Positions 21,186 to 29,912 of a stretch of 64,000 bases of DNA are shown piece after piece. Under the pieces are notes generated by a model that worked only from the letters and a program-made list of their open reading frames with translations, did no database searches and was not told the origin of the DNA. Positions within the stretch are counted from its first letter, which is position 1, and the number at the start of each line of letters is the position of its first letter. The DNA is taken from NCBI GenBank assembly GCA_963830915.1, contig CAWHOE010000046.1:85358-149357 (forward strand), written 5' to 3'. The stretch is from a candidate division FCPU426 bacterium. Its GTDB lineage: Bacteria > Oederibacteriota > Muellerivitia > Muellerivitales > Muellerivitaceae. Made by a program: the position numbers and the translations under genes.

Positions 21186-22103
21186 GGATAAAGGATTCTT
21201 GACCGAGTAGGGGCCCGTGCCGCCGCTCACCTTGACGATGACCGTCATCCCCGAGGACAAGGACAAAGGCACGTCCGCCGCGGAGGGCGGATTAGTGGTA
21301 GCCGACCCCAGAAGGACCTGGCTATTGTTGTAGATCCCCAGTCCCAGGGTTTGGTTGCTGTCGTAACAATCCAGCCAGAAGTTCCAGGTCCCGGTCGCTC
21401 CCACCTGAAGTTGGTAATAATCCACATCCGTTCCATTGCAGGTCGCCGCCGCCGATAAATTGCCGTTGATGATTTGCGAAACGGTGATCGGTACGGTTTG
21501 GACCTTTTCAGCGGTGGCAAAGGAATCGTTCAACCCGCAAGCGGAAGGAGCTTCAGCTTCTGTGTATACGTTGGCTGGCGTCGCGGTCTGGGTCACGGTC
21601 ACGGTGCATTGGATGAATGGGGTGAAAGTGCCGGTAGCGGTCGGGGAAGGAGTCGCCGTATTGGCAGGTGAGGTAGGGGTGGCTGTGTTTGAGATCGTGG
21701 CAGATGGCGTCAAGGAAGGCGTGGCGGTAAAGGATGGCGTCGAGGTCAAGGGCGGGTTGGTCGCTGTCGGCGAAGGCGTGAATGATTTGGTGGGTGATAA
21801 GGTCGAGGTCACGGAAGGCGTCGCGGTGGACGCGGGAATGGTCGAGGTAGCCGTAGTGGAAGGAGTGAATGAATGCGTGAAAGTTGGTGTAGCCGTCAAA
21901 GGCGGGTTGGTTGATGTGGGCGAAGGCGTAACAGACGCCGTGAAGGTGCCGGTCAGAACTGGCATCAACGTATTGGTCGGTGTCGCCGTGGGCGGCAAAG
22001 CCAAGGTCGGGCTGACCGGGGTTTCCAAGGACCGGTTAGTACAGGCCAATGGCCCTATCACTAGGACCGAAAAGATCGTGATGATTAGTAAAGGCTGTCT
22101 CAC
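21182..22103 (-). CDS. Thr/Pro-rich lipoprotein with C-terminal PPC-like beta domain; 1-nt frameshift near the 3' end
   Basis: Lipobox GPLAC, TPT-rich linker, 'EAE..NDSFATA...GNL...DVDYY' PPC-like domain. Removing one A at ~21197 gives YSVKILYP* ending at 21182; otherwise the ORF runs antisense through rqcH. Confidence 0.7.
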
Positions 22104-22149
22104 TTAAACCTCAAAACATGATTTGTTAATAAAAACGGCAATATTTGTA

Positions 22150-22184
22150 CCATTAAAACCCTTTGTTTAAAGGGGTTTTAGTGG
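22150..22184. terminator. Hairpin, possible terminator of the GNAT transcript
   Basis: CCATTAAAACCCTTT-GTTT-AAAGGGGTTTTAGTGG inverted repeat. Confidence 0.4.
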
Positions 22185-22277
22185 GTCGCTTCTCGATTTT
22201 TCCTGAAAATCGTTAAATTTCTAGCTTTTTAGGTGTCTTATGAACTTTTTTTGACATCTTCCGTTTTGGCGACCCAC

Positions 22278-22733
22278 TCAGCGATGAATGGACCAAACTC
22301 GGCTTCGTCGGGAATGTTTGAACCCCATCTTCTTGTAAAAACCTTCCGTCGGTCCTTGGAAGGTCATGGTGTAGAGGGTCGTCAGCCGATGTTTCTTTTT
22401 GAATATTCGGACCTGGCCGATCAAAGCCTTTCCGATCCCCTGTTTTTGAAAATAGGGATGGACCGCCATCTCCAATATCTCTCCATAGTTCCCCTTTGAG
22501 CCGACCTTGACGCGGAGGAAGGCGAAACCGATGGGATGATCGTAGGCCGCCGCGGTCCAACCCTGGTGGTCGGAAGAACGGAACATTTGGGAAACCCGTT
22601 GGGAGGCGCTGGTCAGGGACCATTTTTCCGGATAAGGCTCGGAGGAAAAACAGGTCCGGTAGATCAAAGAAAGGGACGGAAGGTCGGTCTTCTTGGCCGG
22701 CCGGACCAGGAATGGGATCGGCTTGTGGCTCAA
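22278..22733 (-). CDS. GNAT family N-acetyltransferase
   Basis: EMAVHPYFQKQGIGKALI acetyl-CoA motif A, FYKKMGF. Likely TTG start overlaps the upstream TGA. Confidence 0.85.
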   Translation of the reverse strand: MSHKPIPFLVRPAKKTDLPSLSLIYRTCFSSEPYPEKWSLTSASQRVSQMFRSSDHQGWTAAAYDHPIGFAFLRVKVGSKGNYGEILEMAVHPYFQKQGIGKALIGQVRIFKKKHRLTTLYTMTFQGPTEGFYKKMGFKHSRRSRVWSIHR

Positions 22734-23380
22734 GCGGGCTTCCGGTGCTCGTCCACCCAGTAGGCCCAGAGGATGAACAGCCACTGGCTCATGGAGACCC
22801 AAGCTACGACCATGGGATTGATGGGCGGCTTGCCGAATAGACTGCCGGCGTAAACCAGCACCAGGACCGCCACCAGGGACCAAAGCCCATATTGGCCGAT
22901 CTTATCCTTCGGTTTGGTCGCCAGCAGGTAGAATTCCAACCCAAAAACGAAAAGGGCGCCCTCCAGGGCGATCGTGCCGAATTGTGAATTCCATAATCCC
23001 AGGCCCCAGACCGGCCCGCCGCTCGGCAGTAAGGGAAGGTCGGGACGGTGAACGATCAGGTCCAGGACCCAATGGCTCGCCACTAGGGCGCCCATGATCC
23101 AGGCGGTCTTGTTGTTCTTTCCCAGGATCAGATAGATCAGTCCCCAACCAGCGGCCCAGGCGGCTACCATGACAAGGCTGTGGCTGAGGGGATAATCATA
23201 AAAATCGAAGGGCGAGACCTTGGTGACGCCAGGGCTGACCCGGACATGCTCCATCCCCAGGATCAGGAATACGGGCCACAGCAGGTCCAGCCATTGGGAA
23301 GCCGCGAACAGCGTTCCCAGGGACTCCTTAGGGGCGATCTTTTTTGCCGCGAAACCCAGCGCGAAATGTCCGAGGAACAT
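22730..23380 (-). CDS. Membrane-bound metal-dependent hydrolase-like protein
   Basis: MFLGHF, LDLLWP, YPLSHSL, ASHWVLDLIVHRPDLP, GLGLWNS; multiple TMs. Confidence 0.8.
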   Translation of the reverse strand: MFLGHFALGFAAKKIAPKESLGTLFAASQWLDLLWPVFLILGMEHVRVSPGVTKVSPFDFYDYPLSHSLVMVAAWAAGWGLIYLILGKNNKTAWIMGALVASHWVLDLIVHRPDLPLLPSGGPVWGLGLWNSQFGTIALEGALFVFGLEFYLLATKPKDKIGQYGLWSLVAVLVLVYAGSLFGKPPINPMVVAWVSMSQWLFILWAYWVDEHRKPA

Positions 23381-23404
23381 AATCGTTCCCTCCTTTTTTG
23401 ATCC

Positions 23405-24397
23405 TTATTTTTTGGTCAAGGCGACTATCAAGGCCGCCAGACCCACCACCAAAGCCCCGCCCGCCAGATATTTGGAGTTCAAGGCCTGGTCCAGGGGGCT
23501 CTCGCCCGCCGCCGCGCTGCTTTTATCCAGCTTGGCCACTTCCTGCTTCAGCACGCTCACATCCTCGACGTTGTCCCTCAGGTCCTTGTGCATGACCGTC
23601 AACTCTTCCTGCAGTTCGGTGTCGGTGATGTTCTTCTCATTGGCCTTTTGGGAAACCTGGTCCAGTTTATCCCCTGTCTTTTTCAGGTCTTCCTGGACTG
23701 TGTCCAAGAGCTTCTTCACCAGCTTCAGCTGTTCCTGCTCATCCGAGCTGATACCCTTGACCTCGTCACCGCTTTTCTGCAAAGCGTCCATTTTTTTGTC
23801 GTAAGCATCCCTCATATCAGAGGTCTTTTTATCCAGGTCCTTCAGGGTGCCCTTCAAGTCTTCCCATTCCTGGCGGGTGGGTCCCGGGATCGGGGTGGGG
23901 GAGGGTGAGGGGACGACCACGGGGGTAGGCGTCTCGACGGCCGGATCGGCCGCTGGCGTGCCGGAAGCCGTGACAAGCGCGCCGTTCAAGGCCGCGATCA
24001 TCTTCTTGATCCGGCTCTCGAACTTCCAGACCGAGACCTTCCGATCCCGGATATCATCCGAATAATCCTGCGCCAGTTTCAACAGGCTTTGCAGGTCCTC
24101 CGCCTTGTACCGGGGATCGCCCGGTTTCAGGGTCTTCAGGTCCACATTGGCCAGGCTTGTGTTGATGGCCACCAGGGCGTCCGTGACATCGTCCTCGGAA
24201 AGGTTCTTGGCCGAAAGGTAGAAGTCTTTTTTATCCGTCAGGTAGCCCGCCTTGACCAATTGCTGGACCACCCGGACCTCATCGGCGGAAGCCGCGTCCT
24301 GGTCGTCCTGAGCCAGCGCCAATTGGACCATTCGGGGAGTGAATACCATCAACAGCGCCAAGAAAGTGACGAGTGCTCGTTTAGCCAAAGTGATCAA
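23405..24397 (-). CDS. Exported coiled-coil protein with C-terminal membrane anchor
   Basis: Signal peptide, Pro/Thr hinge, long heptad region, C-terminal hydrophobic helix followed by KK. Confidence 0.75.
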   Translation of the reverse strand: MITLAKRALVTFLALLMVFTPRMVQLALAQDDQDAASADEVRVVQQLVKAGYLTDKKDFYLSAKNLSEDDVTDALVAINTSLANVDLKTLKPGDPRYKAEDLQSLLKLAQDYSDDIRDRKVSVWKFESRIKKMIAALNGALVTASGTPAADPAVETPTPVVVPSPSPTPIPGPTRQEWEDLKGTLKDLDKKTSDMRDAYDKKMDALQKSGDEVKGISSDEQEQLKLVKKLLDTVQEDLKKTGDKLDQVSQKANEKNITDTELQEELTVMHKDLRDNVEDVSVLKQEVAKLDKSSAAAGESPLDQALNSKYLAGGALVVGLAALIVALTKK

Positions 24398-24681
24398 GAT
24401 TTCCCCGCTTCCCGAACCGAATCGGACATGTGTTTTTCATAAAGATAATCCAGCATCGACACCAACGTGAAACCGCCGCCAAGGATGACGAAGATGAACT
24501 CCATCACACCCGAGGTCACATCGTCCCAAACGCCCCCGCAGGTGAAAAAACTGATGACCGCCAGTATGACCAGGAAGCCCCAGAAAAGCAGGTTGGCGTA
24601 GAGATATTCCTGCGCCACCGTCAGGCGCTTAATCTGTGTCTTTGAGTTTTGCTTATCATTCACCACTTTTTCCTCATCCAA
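24394..24681 (-). CDS. Small 2-TM hypothetical protein
   Basis: Two hydrophobic helices; stop overlaps the start of the next gene. Confidence 0.65.
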   Translation of the reverse strand: MDEEKVVNDKQNSKTQIKRLTVAQEYLYANLLFWGFLVILAVISFFTCGGVWDDVTSGVMEFIFVILGGGFTLVSMLDYLYEKHMSDSVREAGKS

Positions 24682-24685
24682 TCCC

Positions 24686-24761
24686 AGTTCTAAATTTTGA
24701 GTTTTGGGTCCTAAGTTAATGCCAGTTTCAACTCATAGCTCAACACTTAGAACTTAAAACT
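24686..24761. repeat. Inverted pair of degenerate period-7 arrays
   Basis: AGTTCTA AATTTTG AGTTTTG GGTCCTA AGTT ... AACTCAT AGCTCAA CACTTAG AACTTAA AACT. Confidence 0.65.
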
Positions 24762-25337
24762 TCGCCCGCGATCCCGGCTTGACCACCGGCGATCCCTGTT
24801 TGCAAAGGGGGCAATCCTTCTCTTCCCAGCTTTCCACCTTCTGGGCCACCAGGGCCTTCATCGGCACGTCAAAAACCTTGTTCGCCCCGCCGCTGCGGTC
24901 GATCAGGCATCCCACTCCCACCACATCCGCCCCGAGGGTCCTCATGACCTGGATGGTCTCCTTGACCGACCCGCCCGTGGTGATGACATCCTCCACCGCG
25001 AAACCTTCTCGCCTTTTTCCACCGAGAAACCCCGGCGCAGTTCCATGGCGTCATTCTCTTTATTACGTTCGGTGAAAATGGCCCGTACTTTCAAGGCCCT
25101 GGCCAACTCCTGGCCCACGATCAGTCCCCCCAGGGCGGGCGATACGACCGCCTGGGGATTCAGTGGCTTGACCATCTCGGCCAAGGCCGAGCAAAGCTTC
25201 TCGGCGTACCAGGGGTACTGGAGCACCAGCGCGCATTGCAGGTACCGGTCGCTATGACGGCCGGACGAAAGGCGGAAATGGCCCTTCAGCAGGGCCTGGG
25301 TCTGTTCGAATACTTCCATCACTTCGTCGTTATTCAT
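24754..25337 (-). pseudogene. pyrE: Orotate phosphoribosyltransferase, split by a 1-nt frameshift at ~25001 (possibly a sequencing error)
   Basis: N-half GHFRLSSGRHSDRYLQCA...ELRRGF and C-half (V)EDVITTGGS...CPLC...KPGSR lie in different frames. Confidence 0.9.
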
Positions 25338-25367
25338 AATGGTCCTTTCCGATATGGGTGCGGCGGA

Positions 25368-26189
25368 TCAAGAGAAATGAGGCTTCATCGCTTCCACGAG
25401 CTTCTTGGCCTGTTCCCGGGCCGCGTCGGCGAAATCATTTTCCTGGGACGCGTAGAGTACCTGCCGGGAGACGTTCACCAGTATCCCGTAACCATCCTTG
25501 GTCTTGCCCTCGGCAAGGACGCCCTGCAGGTCCCCGCCTTGGGTGCCAACGCCGGGGACGAGGAAAACCGTGTCCGGCACCAGCGCCCTCAAGTCTTTCA
25601 AGAACTTCGTCTGGGTAGCCCCCACGACCAGGCCGATCTCGCCTTTTTTTCCCTGGGCCCATTGGACCGCGGTCTTGGCGACATGCTCGTAAAGTTTTTG
25701 CCCATTCTGGAGGGTCTGAAGCTGGAAGTCGGCGGAAGAGGGGTTGGAGGTCAGGCACAGGACGAAGGAACAGGTCCCGGGATATTCGAGGAAGGGCTCG
25801 ATGGAATCCTTCCCCATATAAGGGGAGAGGGTGATGGCGTCCGAGGTCAAAAGGCCGTAAAAGGCCTTGGCGTAAGCCTGGGAGGTGTTGCCGATGTCGC
25901 CCCGTTTGGCGTCGGCGATGAACAGGGTGTCGTAGGGAACGGATTGGCGCAACAATTCCAGAATCTCGAAACCGGTGGGTCCCAGGGACTCGAAGAAAGC
26001 CAGGTTGGGCTTGTAAGCGACCGCCAGGTCCTTGGTCGACTCGATGATGGAACGGCAGAATCTCAGGATGCCGTCGCGGTCATGGGACAAACCCTTGGGC
26101 ATCTTGGCCAGGTCCACGTCCAATCCCACGCACAGACAGCCATGGGTCCTTTGGATCGCGGTTTTCAGTTTTTTGGAAAAAGTGCTCAT
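25368..26189 (-). CDS. pyrF: Orotidine-5'-phosphate decarboxylase (subfamily 2)
   Basis: LCVGLD, YKPNLAFFE, ADAKRGDIGNT, LTSNP, GLVVGAT, LVPGVGTQGG, NVSR. Confidence 0.96.
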   Translation of the reverse strand: MSTFSKKLKTAIQRTHGCLCVGLDVDLAKMPKGLSHDRDGILRFCRSIIESTKDLAVAYKPNLAFFESLGPTGFEILELLRQSVPYDTLFIADAKRGDIGNTSQAYAKAFYGLLTSDAITLSPYMGKDSIEPFLEYPGTCSFVLCLTSNPSSADFQLQTLQNGQKLYEHVAKTAVQWAQGKKGEIGLVVGATQTKFLKDLRALVPDTVFLVPGVGTQGGDLQGVLAEGKTKDGYGILVNVSRQVLYASQENDFADAAREQAKKLVEAMKPHFS

Positions 26190-26347
26190 TTTGTTTCCGG
26201 TTTTTCCAGGATTTTCGAATTCCGGCCGAGGAGGCATCCTCAAGAGATGCATTGTAACGAATCTTTAGGCCCATCGTTACAGTTATTTAATGGCGCCCAT
26301 TTATATTCCAAGCCAACAAAAATAAAAAAGAAGGACGGAGGCTGCCC

Positions 26348-26551
26348 ATGAATTCCACAACTCTCGAGTCGATCTTCCAGGAATGCGATTTTTGCAAGAT
26401 CAAAGGGACCTTGGGCCAGAACATCTTCAACAAGGACGGTTGGTATTTCTGCAAACCCTGTCTGTTGGAGATCGAACACGAGATCAAAACGAGGGCGGAA
26501 AAGAACTCCCAAAAGTACAATGCGCTTTCGATCAGCGAGAATAAAAACTAG
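26348..26551 (+). CDS. Small Cys4 (CxxC...CxxC) putative zinc-binding protein
   Basis: GGAGG RBS; ECDFCK...YFCKPCL; coding-like codon usage. Confidence 0.65.
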   Translation: MNSTTLESIFQECDFCKIKGTLGQNIFNKDGWYFCKPCLLEIEHEIKTRAEKNSQKYNALSISENKN

Positions 26552-26578
26552 GAAGGAAGCGACCCTTCCGAACATCCG

Positions 26579-27319
26579 TCACTTTTGGTTGATCACGCCC
26601 TGGAGGAATTGGGCGACGTCGGCCACCATCGCGTCCGTGACCTCATGGCCTGCGGGATATTCCTTGAAGATGGGTTGATATCCCGCCTGCTTGACCGCCG
26701 CGACGGTCCTCGCGGTCAGGTCCTCGGAAATGATCCTGTCCTCGGTCCCGTGCAGGATCAGGATGGGAAGGTTGAGCGGCGCCTTGGGCCTAGCCAAGGT
26801 CTTGCTAGGGTCCCAGATATAACCGCCCATCGAGACGATCGCCGCGACCTTGCCTTTATAATTCAACCCAGCCTCCAGCGACATGACCGCTCCCTGGGAA
26901 AAACCCATCACGATGATGGGCCGGGGATGGTTGGGCTTTCCCTTGACGGCGGAAAAACGCCTCATCAAGCCGAATAAATAATCCCGGCTTCTGACCATGT
27001 CCGCCCGATTATTGGTCGGCAAGTCGTACCAGCCATAAGCGTAGGGCCCCACGGTCATGATGCCGTCCGGAAGGACATAGCGGCAGGGAGGCAGGTTCAT
27101 TTCCTCGATCAGCGGGAATAAGTTGGCGCTGTTAGCGCCCAATCCATGCAGGATGAATACGACCGGCGCGTCATCGGGGATCTGGACCGGGCCGGCCACC
27201 AGGCATCGGTGTCCCTGGACTTCTATCTCGGAAAAGATCGGGCCAGCGCTCGCCAGAGCGGTCATCCCGAAGACGCCCAGCGCCGCCAGCAAAACGCATA
27301 AGGGTGATCTTGTTTTCAT
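26579..27319 (-). CDS. Phospholipase/carboxylesterase (alpha/beta hydrolase), signal peptide
   Basis: LHGLG, GFSQGA, HGTEDRII, GHEV catalytic-triad motifs. Confidence 0.92.
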   Translation of the reverse strand: MKTRSPLCVLLAALGVFGMTALASAGPIFSEIEVQGHRCLVAGPVQIPDDAPVVFILHGLGANSANLFPLIEEMNLPPCRYVLPDGIMTVGPYAYGWYDLPTNNRADMVRSRDYLFGLMRRFSAVKGKPNHPRPIIVMGFSQGAVMSLEAGLNYKGKVAAIVSMGGYIWDPSKTLARPKAPLNLPILILHGTEDRIISEDLTARTVAAVKQAGYQPIFKEYPAGHEVTDAMVADVAQFLQGVINQK

Positions 27320-27385
27320 GTCTTATCTCCCATTCGTTCAATTGGGATGTTTTCTTCATCCGATCGGACGTTCAGTTAAGGAAGG

Positions 27386-27898
27386 TCATTGTTTCGTGTC
27401 TTTCGGCCATTGCTTGACCTCCAGCTTGACCTTGGCCGTTCCCACTTCCCTCATGCCGATGGCCCTTCCCGCCGTGCGGGACAGGTCGATGACCCGGCCC
27501 GCCACATAGGGGCCCCGGTCGTTGATCCTGACCTCGGTGGTCATGCCGTTCTCCTCGTTGGTCACCTTCACGACCGTTCCCAGGGGCAGGGTCTTATGGG
27601 CGGCGGTATAAGCGTACATATCGTAGACTTCCCCGTTGGCGGTCAGGTGGCCGTTGAAATCGGCCCCGTACCAGGAAGCGTACCCTTCCATCTCGTTCTT
27701 CCAATCATCCTTGCCGATGGGTTTCTCAACCCGGTCCATCTCAAAGGTGACCGGCTTGTTCGACGAGGTTCCGCGGGATTCCCGGTAGATCTGTTGGCGT
27801 ATGGGCACACAGCCAACGGTCAGAAGGGAGAGGGATAATATAAGAAGGAGGACGGAATTCTTAAGGAACAATGAGCGCCCCAACCAGGGAGGAGACAT
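27386..27898 (-). CDS. rlpA: Septal ring lytic transglycosylase RlpA family lipoprotein (start probably TTG ~27871)
   Basis: GYASWYG..F.G..TANGE.YDM...TAAHKTLPLGT, RINDRGPY..GRVIDLS; lipobox LTVGC. Confidence 0.95.
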   Translation of the reverse strand: MSPPWLGRSLFLKNSVLLLILSLSLLTVGCVPIRQQIYRESRGTSSNKPVTFEMDRVEKPIGKDDWKNEMEGYASWYGADFNGHLTANGEVYDMYAYTAAHKTLPLGTVVKVTNEENGMTTEVRINDRGPYVAGRVIDLSRTAGRAIGMREVGTAKVKLEVKQWPKDTKQ

Positions 27899-28817
27899 TC
27901 GAGACCTTGTTCTCGACCATGTAAGCCTTCAGGCCGTTCACCACGTTCAAGGCCGCGTTGGGCTCCAGGTAATTGGCGGTCCCGACCGCCACCGCCGTGG
28001 CGCCCGCCAGCAGATATTCCACCGCGTCCTCGCCTGTCACGATGCCCCCCATGCCGATGATGGGAACTTTGACCGCCTGGCGCACCTGGTAGACCACCCT
28101 CAAGCCGATGGGTTTGACCGCCGGGCCGGACAGGCCGCCCGTCACCCGTCGAAGCACGGGCTTGCGGGTCTTGGCGTCGATGGCCATGCCCACCACTGTA
28201 TTGATGGCCGAAAGGGCGTCCGTACCGGCATCCACGCAGGCCTGGGCGATGACCTGGACGCTTGTGACATTGGGGGACAATTTGGTGATGAGGGTATGGG
28301 TCGTGGACTTCCGGACGGCCGAGACCACCTTGGCCGCCACTTCCGGGTTCGAGCCGAACTCGATGCCGCCTTCCTTCACGTTCGGGCAGGAAATGTTGAT
28401 CTCCAGCGCCCCGATGCCCGGTTGGCCGTCCAACCTCGCGGCCAGTTCGGCGTATTCCTCGATGGTCCTGCCGTTGATGTTCACCACCGCCGGCACCCCC
28501 GCCTTCCGCAGGAAGGGGAGTTTTTCTTTCAAGAAAGCGTCCACCCCGACGTTCTGAAGCCCGATGGAGTTCAGCATGCCCGACGGCGTCTCGGCCATGC
28601 GGGTCGTCAGGTTCCCGGCCCTGGGTTCCAGGGTGGTTCCCTTCACGATGATGGCTCCCAGGCTTTTCAAGGGATAGAACTTGGAGATCTCCTCGCCGTA
28701 ACCGAAACAGCCGGAAGCGACCATGACCGGATTGACCATCCGGAGTTTCCCGATGACCACTTCCGTCACGAGGGCTTTTCCCGCGGGAGTCTTTGTTTTT
28801 TTGACCTGTTTTTTCAT
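27861..28817 (-). CDS. pyrD: Dihydroorotate dehydrogenase family 1B, catalytic subunit
   Basis: NPVMVASG, MLNSIGLQN, EINISCPNV, KLSPNV, GGLSGPAVKP. Confidence 0.97.
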   Translation of the reverse strand: MKKQVKKTKTPAGKALVTEVVIGKLRMVNPVMVASGCFGYGEEISKFYPLKSLGAIIVKGTTLEPRAGNLTTRMAETPSGMLNSIGLQNVGVDAFLKEKLPFLRKAGVPAVVNINGRTIEEYAELAARLDGQPGIGALEINISCPNVKEGGIEFGSNPEVAAKVVSAVRKSTTHTLITKLSPNVTSVQVIAQACVDAGTDALSAINTVVGMAIDAKTRKPVLRRVTGGLSGPAVKPIGLRVVYQVRQAVKVPIIGMGGIVTGEDAVEYLLAGATAVAVGTANYLEPNAALNVVNGLKAYMVENKVSNVSSLVGALIVP

Positions 28818-29638
28818 CCCAGTTTCTCCCAATCCACCGTAGCGCCGTCAAAGATCGGCCCTTCATAACAACTGCGGATCATCTTGATGGTCCCATCCCC
28901 CTGTTTGATGGGGCAGACGCAGGTCAGGCAGATGCCCAGACCGCATCCCATGTGTTCTTCCCAGGAAAGATAGGTGGGGATGCTGTATTTCTCGCCGACC
29001 ATGGAAACGGCCTTGAACATGGGCCGGGGGCCGCAGGCGTAGATGACCGTTCCCTTGGCGGTCTCATTGGCGTCCAGATAGTCGTCCAGGGCCTGGGTCA
29101 CAAAACCTTTTTTGCCCTTGGATCCGTCGTCGGTTGATATATAGAGAGGGACCTTCAGCTTTTTAAAGACTTCCAGGTCGATCAGGTCTTTGGCCCCTCT
29201 GGCCCCGAGGAATACGGTCATGGGGACCTTTTTCTTTTTCAGGGTTTCTGCCAGAAAGACCAGGGGCGCGACCCCGATCCCCCCGCTCACGATCAGGACA
29301 GGATGCTGGCGGTCCAGGAAAGGAAAGGGATTGCCCAGGGGGCCCAGGATGCCCAAAGTCTCCCCGGGCTTCTTGAGGGTCAAAAGCCTGGTGCCTTCCC
29401 TCATCTTGGCGTAAAGGACCTCGATACGGGAATTGCCTTTGGGACCTGGCATGACCCGGGCGATGGAAAAAGGCCTGCGAAGCAGGGGACTCAAGGCTTT
29501 CGAGAGGCGCACATTGATGAACTGGCCCGGCAGGGCATTCTTGAGGGTGCCGTTGTCCTGGAAGATCAGACGAAAATAATTCCCGACCGGTTCGTTGACC
29601 AGTATCTCTGCTTCGAAACTTTTGGGCTTATTCTTCAA
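28814..29638 (-). CDS. pyrK: Dihydroorotate dehydrogenase electron-transfer subunit
   Basis: LRRPFS, GPLGN, GGIGVAP, YACGP, EEHMGCGLGICLTC...CYEGPIF. Confidence 0.96.
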   Translation of the reverse strand: MKNKPKSFEAEILVNEPVGNYFRLIFQDNGTLKNALPGQFINVRLSKALSPLLRRPFSIARVMPGPKGNSRIEVLYAKMREGTRLLTLKKPGETLGILGPLGNPFPFLDRQHPVLIVSGGIGVAPLVFLAETLKKKKVPMTVFLGARGAKDLIDLEVFKKLKVPLYISTDDGSKGKKGFVTQALDDYLDANETAKGTVIYACGPRPMFKAVSMVGEKYSIPTYLSWEEHMGCGLGICLTCVCPIKQGDGTIKMIRSCYEGPIFDGATVDWEKLG

Positions 29639-29743
29639 AAGAGGTCCTTGTCAGGAAGTGGATTCAGAATAATTCCCATTCCAGTTCGAATCAACCAATT
29701 TGAACGGCAAACTTACGATGACAAAAGACTGAACCCTTTTTTG

Positions 29744-29886
29744 CCACCGATTAACACCGATTAATAAAGATAGGAATTGAAAATTGGCACATCTATGTTC
29801 ATACCACCCTTCTATAAAACAAAATATAGAACGTGGTATAGACCCGCATTCATATAGAGTTTTATGGATATGTGGGGCATCGGTGG
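29744..29886. repeat. Nested imperfect foldback element with terminal CCACCGAT/ATCGGTGG
   Basis: CCACCGATTAACACCGATTAATAAAGAT at left, ATCGGTGG at right, internal hairpin ATACCAC(CC)TTCTATA / TATAGAA(C)GTGGTAT. Confidence 0.55.
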
Positions 29887-29912
29887 TTAATTATTTCTGT
29901 TAGAATTCATCC

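Noticed and set aside
24942..25010. Programmed ribosomal frameshift in pyrE
   Set aside because: No slippery heptamer or known precedent; a single-base indel error is more parsimonious.
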